Shown: positions 26,813 to 35,657, numbered from the stretch's first letter. The stretch: 40,566 nucleotides of DNA from Armatimonadia bacterium (GCA_014730065.1 WJIW01000117.1:1-40566); one strand, 5' to 3'. Notes: generated by a model from the letters alone, not told the origin. A program made the numbers and translations.

Positions 26813-27904
26813 ATGGGTCGGATCCGGGCTCTGATCGTCGATGATTCCGCCTTCATGCGGAAGATGGTCGGGGACATACTTTCACGGAGTGACAAGATCG
26901 AGGTCGTGGGGACGGCTCGAAACGGTCAGGAGGCACTCGACAAGCTCGAGGCCCTCGCACCCCATGTCATCACCCTCGATGTGGAGATGCCTGTCATGGA
27001 CGGCATTGAGACCCTCCGGCGGGTCATGGAAGTCCGCCCGACCCCCATCGTGATGCTCTCCAGTCTGACCGAGGAGGGGGCGGAAGTCACGCTCCGGGCT
27101 CTACACATGGGTGCGGTCGATTTCATACACAAGCCGTCGGGGGCCATCTCCCTGGACATCGAGAAGGTCTCCGACGACATCATCTCCACCGTGGAGGCGG
27201 CCGCTGGGTCCAATATGAGCAGTCTGGCTCGCCGGCCGCTGGCGGGGCCCAAGCCCGTGTCACCCCCGCCTCCGGCGGCTCCGGCTGCGCCAAGGCCCGC
27301 GCCCCATGCGGATGGGACGGGTCATCGAGCCGTGGTCGTGATCGGCACATCCACGGGTGGACCCCGCGCCCTTCAGGAGGTCATACCGCGGCTGCCAGCC
27401 GATCTGGAGGCGCCGGTGGTCGTTGTCCAGCACATGCCGCCGAAGTTCACCAAGTCGCTGGCCGAGCGCCTTGACATGCTCAGCGCCGTGGAGGTGCGTG
27501 AGGCCAGGGATGGGGATCCGATCCGCGCCGGCACGGTTTTGCTGGCGCCGGGCGGTCGCCACATGAGGATCGGTGATGGACACAAGATCGTGTTGAGCGA
27601 TGAGCCTCCCCTGTGGGGGGTGCGGCCCGCTGCGGACCTGCTCATCGAGTCGGTGGCCCAGCGCTACGGCGCGGGGGCCGTCGGCGTGATCATGACCGGA
27701 ATGGGCCACGACGGCGCCAGGGCCATGCAGTACCTCAGGGAGCACGGGGGATCCACCATCGCCGAAAGCGAGGAGACGTGCGTCATATACGGGATGCCCC
27801 GAGCCGTCGTGGAAGCGGGGGCGGCGGACGAAGTCGTGCCGCTGCAGAGAATTGCCGAGCGCATTGTGCGTCTCGTCAGAGAGCGGGCCGCCAAGGTCCG
27901 GTAG
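26813..27904 (+). CDS. cheB: Chemotaxis response regulator methylesterase CheB
   Basis: REC domain (VDDS, LDVEMPVMDG, KPSG), Pro-rich linker, and catalytic GTSTGGP / QHMP / TGMGHDGA. Confidence 0.97.
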   Translation: MGRIRALIVDDSAFMRKMVGDILSRSDKIEVVGTARNGQEALDKLEALAPHVITLDVEMPVMDGIETLRRVMEVRPTPIVMLSSLTEEGAEVTLRALHMGAVDFIHKPSGAISLDIEKVSDDIISTVEAAAGSNMSSLARRPLAGPKPVSPPPPAAPAAPRPAPHADGTGHRAVVVIGTSTGGPRALQEVIPRLPADLEAPVVVVQHMPPKFTKSLAERLDMLSAVEVREARDGDPIRAGTVLLAPGGRHMRIGDGHKIVLSDEPPLWGVRPAADLLIESVAQRYGAGAVGVIMTGMGHDGARAMQYLREHGGSTIAESEETCVIYGMPRAVVEAGAADEVVPLQRIAERIVRLVRERAAKVR

Positions 27905-27916
27905 GAGCGTGACGCA

Positions 27917-28729
27917 GTGGCCAGTCCGAATCCGCCAGCTACGCCCAAGGAGGACGCCGAGTTTGCGTCTTTCTGTCGGCGCGTCTATACGCTAACGGGC
28001 ATCGATCTAGCCAGCTACAAGTCAAACCAGATGCGGCGCCGGATCAAGTCCATGGCTGCCCGGGACGGTGCCGCCGGCTTCGAGGAGTTCGCGGGGCTGC
28101 TCGAGAGCGACCCGGAGAAGCTCAACGCCTTCCTCGATAAGGTAACCATCAACGTATCGGAGCTTTTCCGGAACCCCGAGAAGTTCGACCAGCTCCGCGA
28201 TGACTTCCTGGGGCCCATGGCGCGCCAGAACCAGGCCCTCAAGATCTGGTCGGCGGGATGCTCCTATGGCGCCGAGATCTACTCCGTCGCCATGATCCTC
28301 GCCCAGCTCGGCTCCGGACGACGGGACAAGCTCCTGGCGACGGACATCGACGCCCGCATCCTCGAGAAGGCTCGGGCGGGGGAGTTCACCAACCAGGATA
28401 TGAAGAACGTGTCCGACACGCTACGGCGCCAGTACTTCAGCCAGAAGGCCCCGGACGTGTGGGCCATCAGCGACGACATCAAGCGCCGGGTGGAGTTCCG
28501 GCGTCACGACCTCCTGCGCGACCGGTTCGACCGGGGGTTCAATCTAATCCTGTGCCGGAATGTGGTTATTTACTTTACCGACGGGGCTAAGGACAAACTG
28601 TACAAACACTTCTACGAGTCACTGGCTCCAGGCGGTATCCTCTTCGTTGGTGGCACCGAGAGAATCATGGGCGCTAAGGAGATTGGCTTCGAGGTGCCCA
28701 AGACGTTCTTCTACCAGCGGCCCGGGTAG
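27917..28729 (+). CDS. cheR: Chemotaxis methyltransferase CheR
   Basis: TINVSELFRNP, KIWSAGCSYGAEIYS, ATDID, ILCRNVVIYF, LFVGGTE, FFYQR. Confidence 0.96.
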   Translation: MASPNPPATPKEDAEFASFCRRVYTLTGIDLASYKSNQMRRRIKSMAARDGAAGFEEFAGLLESDPEKLNAFLDKVTINVSELFRNPEKFDQLRDDFLGPMARQNQALKIWSAGCSYGAEIYSVAMILAQLGSGRRDKLLATDIDARILEKARAGEFTNQDMKNVSDTLRRQYFSQKAPDVWAISDDIKRRVEFRRHDLLRDRFDRGFNLILCRNVVIYFTDGAKDKLYKHFYESLAPGGILFVGGTERIMGAKEIGFEVPKTFFYQRPG

Positions 28730-28812
28730 CGGGGCCAGGCAGGACGACGGCGACCGGGTCTTGAAACATAGAGACTCGGGACACCGTTCGCCCTAGCGGG
28801 CCCCAAGAGGGC

Positions 28813-28821
28813 TGATATGAT
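28813..28821 (+). promoter_or_regulatory. Candidate extended -10 promoter upstream of cheY
   Basis: TGATATGAT (TGn-TATGAT) lies 30 nt before TTG 28851, with the GAAGGGAGG SD in between. Confidence 0.4.
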
Positions 28822-28850
28822 CGAACGTGGTGAAGGGAGGCAGGTGTCCA

Positions 28851-29213
28851 TTGGCCCAGATTCTGATCGTCGACGACGCCATGTTCATGCGAGTGACGTT
28901 GCGGAACATGCTCACTAAGGAAGGCCATGAGATCTGCGGGGAGGCTGAGAACGGCGAAGAAGCGGTGGCGAAGTACCACGAGCTGAAGCCCGACGTGGTG
29001 ACCATGGATATCACCATGCCCAAGATGGACGGCATTGCCGCGGTGAAGGAGATACTCTCCACCGACCCCGATGCCAAGATCATCATGTGCACGGCCATGG
29101 GCCAGAAGAACATGGTTCTCGAGGCGATTCAGGCGGGGGCGAAGGATTTCATCGTCAAGCCCTTCCAGCCCGAGCGCGTTACCGAGGGCATCCAGAAGGT
29201 TCTGGGCGAGTAG
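28851..29213 (+). CDS. cheY: Chemotaxis response regulator CheY (Bacillus-type)
   Basis: ILIVDDAMFMR, PDVVTMDITMPKMDG, MCTAMGQ, GAKDFIVKPFQ. TTG start at 28851 gives 120 aa. Confidence 0.95.
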   Translation: MAQILIVDDAMFMRVTLRNMLTKEGHEICGEAENGEEAVAKYHELKPDVVTMDITMPKMDGIAAVKEILSTDPDAKIIMCTAMGQKNMVLEAIQAGAKDFIVKPFQPERVTEGIQKVLGE

Positions 29214-29282
29214 TGGCCGTGGGCTCGTATTCGGGGCGTCTTCGCATCGAGCCGAGCCTGGGCCGGAGGCGATTGGCGGGCC

Positions 29283-30011
29283 ATGACCCTGGATGAGTGC
29301 CGGAGGATTCTGGAGCTGGAGGGTCGGCTCGAGGTTGCCGACCTCAAGCGAGCCAAGCGGCGCCTCCTGATCCTCTACCATCCCGACCAGAATCCCCAAC
29401 GCCGGCAGTGGGCTGATGAGCGGACCCGCCGCGTGCTACTGGCCTATGACCTGCTCATGGCTCACCTGGGGTCGGGCGGGGCGGCGCCGTCGCTCCAGCC
29501 CGGCAGGAGAGCCCGCGGCGGCGGATTCGCTACCGTCTCCGAGCGCGGCCCCAAGCCGACCCGGCCCCGCCCGCGGGAGCCCGAGCATCGGGACCTGAGC
29601 TACCTGCTGGTCCGGGCCTCGGGCCAGTTGCTGGGTCTGCCTCTGGCGTCGGTGGTTCAGGTGATGCCCCTCAGCGCGGAGTCGGTTCAGGCCACGGGTG
29701 TGGCCAAAGGCCTGGGGTGGGCCGGGACGCTCCTCTACCGCCAAGACCGCATCCCGCTGGTGGATCTGGGCGTCGTCATGGGGCTGGACGCGGAAGACCT
29801 GGAGGAGTGCAAGCACTACGTGGTGGTCCGCTCCGGATCGGGCAGTGTGGCGGTGGCCGTCGAGGAGGTCAGTGAGCTTGTAACCGTGAACGCCACGGCA
29901 ATTGAGCCGGCTGAGGCGGTCTTCGCCGGCCTGGGTAGCCATACGAAGGGGTTCTTCCGCTACGAGCAGACGTACGCGGTAATCCCCGATCTCGAAGCCC
30001 TGCTGGGCTGA
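29283..30011 (+). CDS. J-domain (DnaJ-type, HPD intact) fused to a CheW-like domain
   Basis: Residues ~1-60: CRRILEL...DLKRAKRRLLILYHPDQNP...ERTRRVLLAYDLL. Then a Gly/Arg/Pro linker. Residues ~105-242: YLLVRASGQLLGLPLASVVQV...GTLLYRQDRIPLVDLG...VVVRSGSGSVAVAVEEVSEL...IPDLEALL. Confidence 0.82.
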   Translation: MTLDECRRILELEGRLEVADLKRAKRRLLILYHPDQNPQRRQWADERTRRVLLAYDLLMAHLGSGGAAPSLQPGRRARGGGFATVSERGPKPTRPRPREPEHRDLSYLLVRASGQLLGLPLASVVQVMPLSAESVQATGVAKGLGWAGTLLYRQDRIPLVDLGVVMGLDAEDLEECKHYVVVRSGSGSVAVAVEEVSELVTVNATAIEPAEAVFAGLGSHTKGFFRYEQTYAVIPDLEALLG

Positions 30012-30072
30012 CGGGCGTTGAACGGGCCGGACGAAGGCGGCCGCGCTCCCGCCCTCGAGGAGGAAGCTCCAC

Positions 30073-30525
30073 GTGTCGCAAGCTGGCCACGAGTCGAAGG
30101 TGCGCTTCGAGTTGTCTCTGCCGTCGGTAGCGGGGTCGTGCCGCAAGGCGCGGCTGGTAGCGTCGGAGATCTGTAAGGACGCCTCCCTATCGCCCACCAG
30201 CGAGTACCGCATACTCCTGGCGGTCGATGAGCTGTGCCAGAACGTGATCCACTACGCATACGGCGGTCCCACCGACCAGCAGAACTTCCAGATCGTGTTC
30301 GAGTATGTACCGGGCTGTGTGTGGGCGGAGGTGCGGGACGAAGGGTGCGGGTTCGATGAGGCCCTTCTGGAGCCCATCGAGGCCGGCAGCCAGGATCTCG
30401 AGAGCCTCATGTACCTGGAGCAGCGCGGGCTCGCGCTGGTGGGAGCCCTCATGGATTCCCGGGAGATCCAGTCGGGTCCCGGTGGAGGCACCACGGTACG
30501 GATCAGCCTGAACCAGCCCACATAG
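30073..30525 (+). CDS. Anti-sigma factor / Ser kinase, RsbW/SpoIIAB-type (HATPase_c_2)
   Basis: LAVDELCQNVIHYAY (N box), VRDEGCGFD (G1), RGLALVGALMD, GGGTTVRI. Confidence 0.85.
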   Translation: MSQAGHESKVRFELSLPSVAGSCRKARLVASEICKDASLSPTSEYRILLAVDELCQNVIHYAYGGPTDQQNFQIVFEYVPGCVWAEVRDEGCGFDEALLEPIEAGSQDLESLMYLEQRGLALVGALMDSREIQSGPGGGTTVRISLNQPT

Positions 30526-30586
30526 CCGGGTCTGTCGAGCGTCGGCACGGCGCGGTACAACGCTACCACTTGGAGGATCAGCCCTG

Positions 30587-30928
30587 ATGGAGTTCAAGCA
30601 GCGACAACCGGAAGGCAAGCCGGGCGTGGTTATCGTGGAGGTCGCGGGCGAGGTAGATTCGGCATCGGCCGAGCAGTTTCGGGAGCAGCTCGTCTCCCTC
30701 ATCGAGGGACCCACGAAGCACCTCATCGTGAATCTGGCCGACCTGACGTACATCAACAGCAGCGGTCTGGGGGCCCTCGTCGCCGGCTACAAGCGAGTGC
30801 GCAGCCTGGATGGCACCCTCAAGCTCTGCAACGTCCGCGGCTCCATCGCCGAGGTCATGAAGCTGATCCGGCTGGACAAGATCATCGACATCTACGACAG
30901 CGAGGAAGAGGCCCTGGCATCCCTCTAG
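30587..30928 (+). CDS. STAS domain anti-anti-sigma factor, RsbV/SpoIIAA-type
   Basis: VAGEVDSASA, VNLADLTYINSSGLGAL (phosphoacceptor Ser region), IYDSEEEAL. 113 aa. Confidence 0.92.
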   Translation: MEFKQRQPEGKPGVVIVEVAGEVDSASAEQFREQLVSLIEGPTKHLIVNLADLTYINSSGLGALVAGYKRVRSLDGTLKLCNVRGSIAEVMKLIRLDKIIDIYDSEEEALASL

Positions 30929-30965
30929 GCCGCTCGGCGGCTTCTGCCTCGGCTCGCCAAGGAGC

Positions 30966-31478
30966 ATGCGGCCCTTGACCCAGCCCGCCCTTCCAGAGGA
31001 GAGCCCCCTCGGCCATCGGGAGCAGCTCGTCACCATCCGTATCGGGGCCGAGGAGTTCGCCTTGCCTGTGGGGCAAGCCCGGGAGATCGTCCCTTACCGG
31101 CGCGTCACGCGCGTACCCGGAGCCGCCTACCAGTTCGCGGGGGTCATGAACCTGCGGGGCGACGTGATCCCTGTCGTCGAGCCCAAGCGGCGCATGGGCG
31201 TGCCCGAGCGCGAACCCGACGAGGAGACATGCATCATCGTGCTCGATGCCGGTGATCATGACATCGGCCTGATGGTGGACGCCGTGCGGGAGGTCGTCGC
31301 CATCGACCCGGACTGTGTCCAGCCGCCGGCGGGGGCCATGGCCGAGGTGCCGTACTTGGTGGGCGTCGTCGAGCTCGCCGACCGCCTCGTGGGCGTGGTG
31401 GATCCCGAGGCCATGATCCAGCCCTCCGGCGTGCCCGCGAGCGATGCCGATGGCTCCACGGCTCGGGAGAGCCCATAG
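30966..31478 (+). CDS. cheW: Chemotaxis coupling protein CheW
   Basis: EEFALPV, TRVPGA, GVMNLRGDVIPVV, IGLMVDAVREV. Confidence 0.93.
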   Translation: MRPLTQPALPEESPLGHREQLVTIRIGAEEFALPVGQAREIVPYRRVTRVPGAAYQFAGVMNLRGDVIPVVEPKRRMGVPEREPDEETCIIVLDAGDHDIGLMVDAVREVVAIDPDCVQPPAGAMAEVPYLVGVVELADRLVGVVDPEAMIQPSGVPASDADGSTARESP

Positions 31479-31499
31479 AAGCCGGCGGGAGGTGAGCCC

Positions 31500-33254
31500 G
31501 TGGATACCGCTGACTACATGGGAGTGTATGCCGACGAATCCGATGAGCACCTGCGGGCTCTCTCGGACAACATTCTGCGCCTGGAGGCCGAGCCCGAGGA
31601 CCTATCCGTTGTGGCCGACATCTTCCGCTCATCACACACGCTCAAGGGCATGTCGGCGACCATGGGCTTCGACGAGATCGCCGATCTCACCCACCGCATG
31701 GAGTCGGTGCTCGACCAGGTTCGGCACGGGCGGATGCCCGTCACCCGGGGTCTGATCGATGCGCTGTTCCTCTGCCTGGACGCTCTTCAGGAGATGGTGG
31801 ACCAGGCGGTGGAGGGCCAGGCCATCAGCACCCAAACGGCCCCCCTGCTCGCCCGGCTCGAAGAGCTGGAGGCCGGTACTCGAGGGGGCGGAGCCCGGAT
31901 CCCCCTGCGCCACCCAGCGCGCTCCCCGGCTCAGGGCCAGGAAGGCGTCCACGTCGTGGATCCTCTCGCCGACTCCCAGCCGGGCCAGCGAGCCCAGGCA
32001 GCCACCTACGAGCCTCGGGAGACGCGGGAGCCCGACTCCGGAGCGGTCCCCGCGACGACCGAAGCAGCCGTGCCGGCACCGAGGTCCGCGGATAGCAAGG
32101 TGCAGCGCACCGTGCGAGTGGACATCCACAAGCTCGATGATCTCATGAACCTGACGGGCGAGCTAGTGATCGCGCGCACCCAGCTCGCCGAGCTGACCAG
32201 CCGGCATGACGTGCCGGGCCTCTCCGAGACCGTGGCCGGCATCGGCCGGATCTCCAGTGATCTTCAGCGGGTGGTGATGCGGGCCCGGATGATGCCCATC
32301 GAGCAGGTGTTCAGCCGCTTCCCCCGCATGGTGCGGGACTTGGCCCGAGCCGCGGGCAAGGAGGTGGACTTCCGGATCACGGGCGCCGAGACCGAGATCG
32401 ACCGAACGGTGATCGACGAGATCGGCGAGCCCCTCGTGCATCTCCTACGGAACGCCGTGGACCACGGCATCGAGCCCCCCGAGACTCGGCGCGAGCATGG
32501 GAAGCCCCTTCCCGCCCACGTGTACCTGGATGCCCGCCAAGAGGGCGAGAGCGTCTACGTGACGGTGGAGGACGATGGTGGCGGTATCGACCCCGACCGG
32601 GTGAAGGCGAAGGCTGTGCACCAGGGCCTCATCACCCAGGGGGAAGCCGATTCGATAACAGACGCCGAGGCCGTGCATCTACTCTTCCGCTCGGGGTTCA
32701 CCACGGTCGATCACGCGACGGAGGTGTCGGGCAGGGGGGTGGGCATGGACGTGGTTCGGAGCAAGATCCAGGCCCTGGGTGGGCGGGTCGAGGTGGACTC
32801 GGCCGTGGGCGAGGGCACGACCTTCACCATCGAGCTACCTCTGACCCTGGCCATCGTCGAGGCCCTCCTCGTCGGTGTGGGCGAGGAGCAGTACGCCATC
32901 CCCCTCAGCGCCATCGAGGAGACCCACGCCATCGCCCCCAGCGCGCTCACGACCGTGCACCAGGAGCGGGTCATCTCGCTGAGGGGATCGATGCTGCCCC
33001 TGGCCTTCTTGCGCGAGATCCTGGAGGTGCCGGGCGATCCCCCGGTGGATCCTCTAGAGATACCCATCGTCGTGGTCAAGCAGGGCCAGCGACGCGTTGG
33101 GCTGGTCGTGGACCGGCTGATCCGGCAACAGGAGATCGTCATCAAGCCCCTGTCGGGGGCCCTGGGGGTGCTGCCCCACGTAACGGGAGCGGCCATCCTG
33201 GGTGACGGGTCCCTGGCGCTTATACTGGCCGCCGAGGACGTGGCCGCGGCCTAG
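31500..33254 (+). CDS. cheA: Chemotaxis histidine kinase CheA (P1-P3-P4-P5; no P2)
   Basis: IFRSSHTLKGMS (P1 His), TVRVDIHKLDDLMNLTGELVI (P3), HLLRNAVDHGIE, DDGGGID, SGRGVGMDVV (P4), C-terminal CheW-like P5. GTG start after GGGAGGTGA. Confidence 0.96.
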   Translation: MDTADYMGVYADESDEHLRALSDNILRLEAEPEDLSVVADIFRSSHTLKGMSATMGFDEIADLTHRMESVLDQVRHGRMPVTRGLIDALFLCLDALQEMVDQAVEGQAISTQTAPLLARLEELEAGTRGGGARIPLRHPARSPAQGQEGVHVVDPLADSQPGQRAQAATYEPRETREPDSGAVPATTEAAVPAPRSADSKVQRTVRVDIHKLDDLMNLTGELVIARTQLAELTSRHDVPGLSETVAGIGRISSDLQRVVMRARMMPIEQVFSRFPRMVRDLARAAGKEVDFRITGAETEIDRTVIDEIGEPLVHLLRNAVDHGIEPPETRREHGKPLPAHVYLDARQEGESVYVTVEDDGGGIDPDRVKAKAVHQGLITQGEADSITDAEAVHLLFRSGFTTVDHATEVSGRGVGMDVVRSKIQALGGRVEVDSAVGEGTTFTIELPLTLAIVEALLVGVGEEQYAIPLSAIEETHAIAPSALTTVHQERVISLRGSMLPLAFLREILEVPGDPPVDPLEIPIVVVKQGQRRVGLVVDRLIRQQEIVIKPLSGALGVLPHVTGAAILGDGSLALILAAEDVAAA

Positions 33255-33285
33255 CGGAGTCCCGCATCCTTGAGGGAGGATTACG

Positions 33286-34359
33286 ATGGCACCGATCGGC
33301 GTGGGAGTTCTCTCCTTTGCCCATGGACACGTGAACGCGTACTGCAGTCAGATGAAGAGCTGGAACGACGAGGTGAAGCTCATCGCGGCTTGGGACGCCA
33401 ACGAGACGCGAGGCGCTCGCCAGGCCGAGGCCTTCGGGATGGATTACCGGGCCGACGTTGCGGACGTTCTGTCCGACCCGGAGATCGAGGCCGTCTTCAT
33501 CGCGTCGGAGACCAGCGAGCACGCGCGCCTGGTCGAGGCCGCCGCGGCGGCGGGCAAGACCATTGTGCTTCAGAAGCCCCTGGCGTTTCGGATCGAGGAC
33601 TGTGATCGCATCGAGGCCGCCGTGGAGTCGGCGGGCGTGCGCTTCACCGTGGCCTACCAGATGCGCCACGATCCGGCGAACCAGAAGATGCGGGAGCTGG
33701 TCCTCGGCGGCGAGATAGGCCGGGTGGGCCTGCTGCGGCGTCGGCACTGCATTCCCGTGCTGTTCAACGAGGGCTTCTACAGCAACCCCGAGACCCAGTG
33801 GCACGTCCAGGCGGACAAGAACTTCGGCATGTTCATGGACGATGCGTGCCATGCCGCCGACTTCATCTACTGGATCATGGGGATGCCCACATCGGTGATG
33901 GCCGAGATCGACAATGTGCTCACCGACATAGCGCCCGACGACACCGGAGTGGCGCTCTACCGCCACGACTCGGGGGCCATGTCGATCCTCACCAATGCAT
34001 CGGTCACCCACGCGGGGGTCAATACCACTGAGATCTACGGCGACGAGGGGGTCATCATCCAAGATTACGGCGACGGCCCCTCCAACGGCGCGGTCAAGCC
34101 GCCCGAGGACGCCGTCGGGGTGAAGATCTTCAAAGCCTCGGAGTCGGGCAAGGGGTTCCAGCCCCTGGACGTGCCGGTGCCCGAGGGCCATGGCGAGCGT
34201 ATCCACGGCGTGGCCCGGCCCATGGTGGATTGGCTAAAGGACGACAACGCGCCGCCCCCATGCCCCCTTCGGGAGGCCCGGTGCTCGGTGGAGATGTGCC
34301 TGGGGGCTTACGCGTCGGCGGAGTCGGGCAGCCGGGTGGCCTTCCCGCTGGCGGGGTAG
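33286..34359 (+). CDS. Gfo/Idh/MocA family NAD(P)-dependent oxidoreductase
   Basis: DPEIEAVFIASETSEH, AGKTIVLQKPLA, VAYQMRHDP, GMFMDDACHAAD. Confidence 0.9.
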   Translation: MAPIGVGVLSFAHGHVNAYCSQMKSWNDEVKLIAAWDANETRGARQAEAFGMDYRADVADVLSDPEIEAVFIASETSEHARLVEAAAAAGKTIVLQKPLAFRIEDCDRIEAAVESAGVRFTVAYQMRHDPANQKMRELVLGGEIGRVGLLRRRHCIPVLFNEGFYSNPETQWHVQADKNFGMFMDDACHAADFIYWIMGMPTSVMAEIDNVLTDIAPDDTGVALYRHDSGAMSILTNASVTHAGVNTTEIYGDEGVIIQDYGDGPSNGAVKPPEDAVGVKIFKASESGKGFQPLDVPVPEGHGERIHGVARPMVDWLKDDNAPPPCPLREARCSVEMCLGAYASAESGSRVAFPLAG

Positions 34360-34416
34360 ACCCCGATCCCAGAGCGGGGAAGGACAAGCCCGGCCGGCGC
34401 CGAATACCAGAGCCGA

Positions 34417-34569
34417 CATCGAGTGCAGGGGCCTTTGGCCCTCGGAAGACGGTGCAATTCCGTCGCTGCCCCGCAACTGTGACCGGGGACGAAAGCCGCA
34501 GCAGCCACGAGCATTGGCTTGGAAGGCGCGGCGAGTAGGTCGATCCGGAAGCCAGGAGACGGCTCGATG
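34417..34569 (+). ncRNA. Cobalamin (AdoCbl) riboswitch
   Basis: GGAAgacGGTGcAATtCCGtc (34444-), CTGCCCCGCAACTGTGA (34466-82), GCCAC...GGAAGGC (34504-27), B12 box AAGCCAGGAGAC (34549-60). P1 is CATCGAG (34417-23) / CTCGATG (34563-69). It lies upstream of a btuFDC-like operon. Confidence 0.93.
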
Positions 34570-34725
34570 AACCTGGGATCGCGCTCCTCGAGGGTGGGAG
34601 AACGCGGACATGCCATCGACCCCTGACGCCGGAGGCTCCTCCGGCAGCCGCTTCGCCGGATCAGGCCGAGAGCCATCGCCCGCACCGTCCCGTGGGATCG
34701 CGACCCCGCAAGGGGCCCTACGCCC

Positions 34726-34935
34726 ATGTACAGTGTGAAGCTCGACAGTGCGCTCTTCGCACCACCGAGAAGTCGGCTCGACTCGCCCGACCTCGCCTAC
34801 GCCGCCAAGCTGGCCGAGGTGCTGGACCACGAGGAATGCCGCCGTGACCCTGAGCTGAGGAAGTGGGCCGCCGCCTGCGTGCTCGCAGCCGCGCCCTTCC
34901 CGACTTGCCTGACCATCGGAGGCGATGCGCAGTGA
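34726..34935 (+). CDS. Small hypothetical protein (69 aa) in the cobalamin-riboswitch leader
   Basis: AAGGGG upstream, strongly GC3-biased codons, and a stop that overlaps the next start (GTGA at 34932-35). Confidence 0.5.
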   Translation: MYSVKLDSALFAPPRSRLDSPDLAYAAKLAEVLDHEECRRDPELRKWAAACVLAAAPFPTCLTIGGDAQ

Positions 34936-35657
34936 GCCGCATCCGCCGAAGCCCGCGGGGCTTCACCCTCATCGAGCTGCTGGTGGTCATCGCCATCATC
35001 GCCATCCTGGCGGCCATCCTGTTCCCCGTCTTCGCCAAGGCGCGGGAGAAGGCCCGCCAGACGAGCTGCCTCTCGAACCTGCGGCAGCTCGGAACGGCGT
35101 GGAGCATGTACGCTCAAGACTACGACGAGATGGCGTGCATCTCGTACTACTTCACGCCCGACTTCAGCATGGAGTACGCCTGGGACTACACCATCGACTG
35201 GAATGCGGGGATCACAGATCTGGGCCTCCTGGGTCCATACACCAAGAACTCCCAGATCAACCAGTGCCCGAGCTTCCAGGCCGAGACCTGGGGCCGGCCC
35301 CACACGGGCTACGCCTATAACATGCGCATCGGCGGCGATGTCTTCGCATGGCCCCCCACCAACCCCGTGTCCATCGGGGCGATCCAGAAGCCCACGGAGA
35401 CGGCTCTGCTGGCCGACAGCGCATACTGGAGCACATGGCCCTCTCCGGGCCTGTCGGGGAACAACTACCTCCGCAGCCCGAGCGACCCGTCGTACGCCTT
35501 CGTGGGGCCCAACGTACACTTCCGCCACAACCAGGCGGCCAACGTGACCTGGGCCGACGGCCACGCCAAGGCCGCTACCCAGGCCTTCAACATCAGCGCC
35601 GAGGACGACAGCCTGGGCGACCTGTCGCCCGATGATGAGCTTTACGACCTGAACTAG
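34932..35657 (+). CDS. Prepilin-type N-terminal cleavage/methylation protein with DUF1559-like region and H-X9-DG motif
   Basis: GTG 34932 with GGAGG SD. SPRG|[39 protein letters not shown]; C-terminal [16 protein letters not shown]. 241 aa. Confidence 0.9.
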   Translation: MSRIRRSPRGFTLIELLVVIAIIAILAAILFPVFAKAREKARQTSCLSNLRQLGTAWSMYAQDYDEMACISYYFTPDFSMEYAWDYTIDWNAGITDLGLLGPYTKNSQINQCPSFQAETWGRPHTGYAYNMRIGGDVFAWPPTNPVSIGAIQKPTETALLADSAYWSTWPSPGLSGNNYLRSPSDPSYAFVGPNVHFRHNQAANVTWADGHAKAATQAFNISAEDDSLGDLSPDDELYDLN

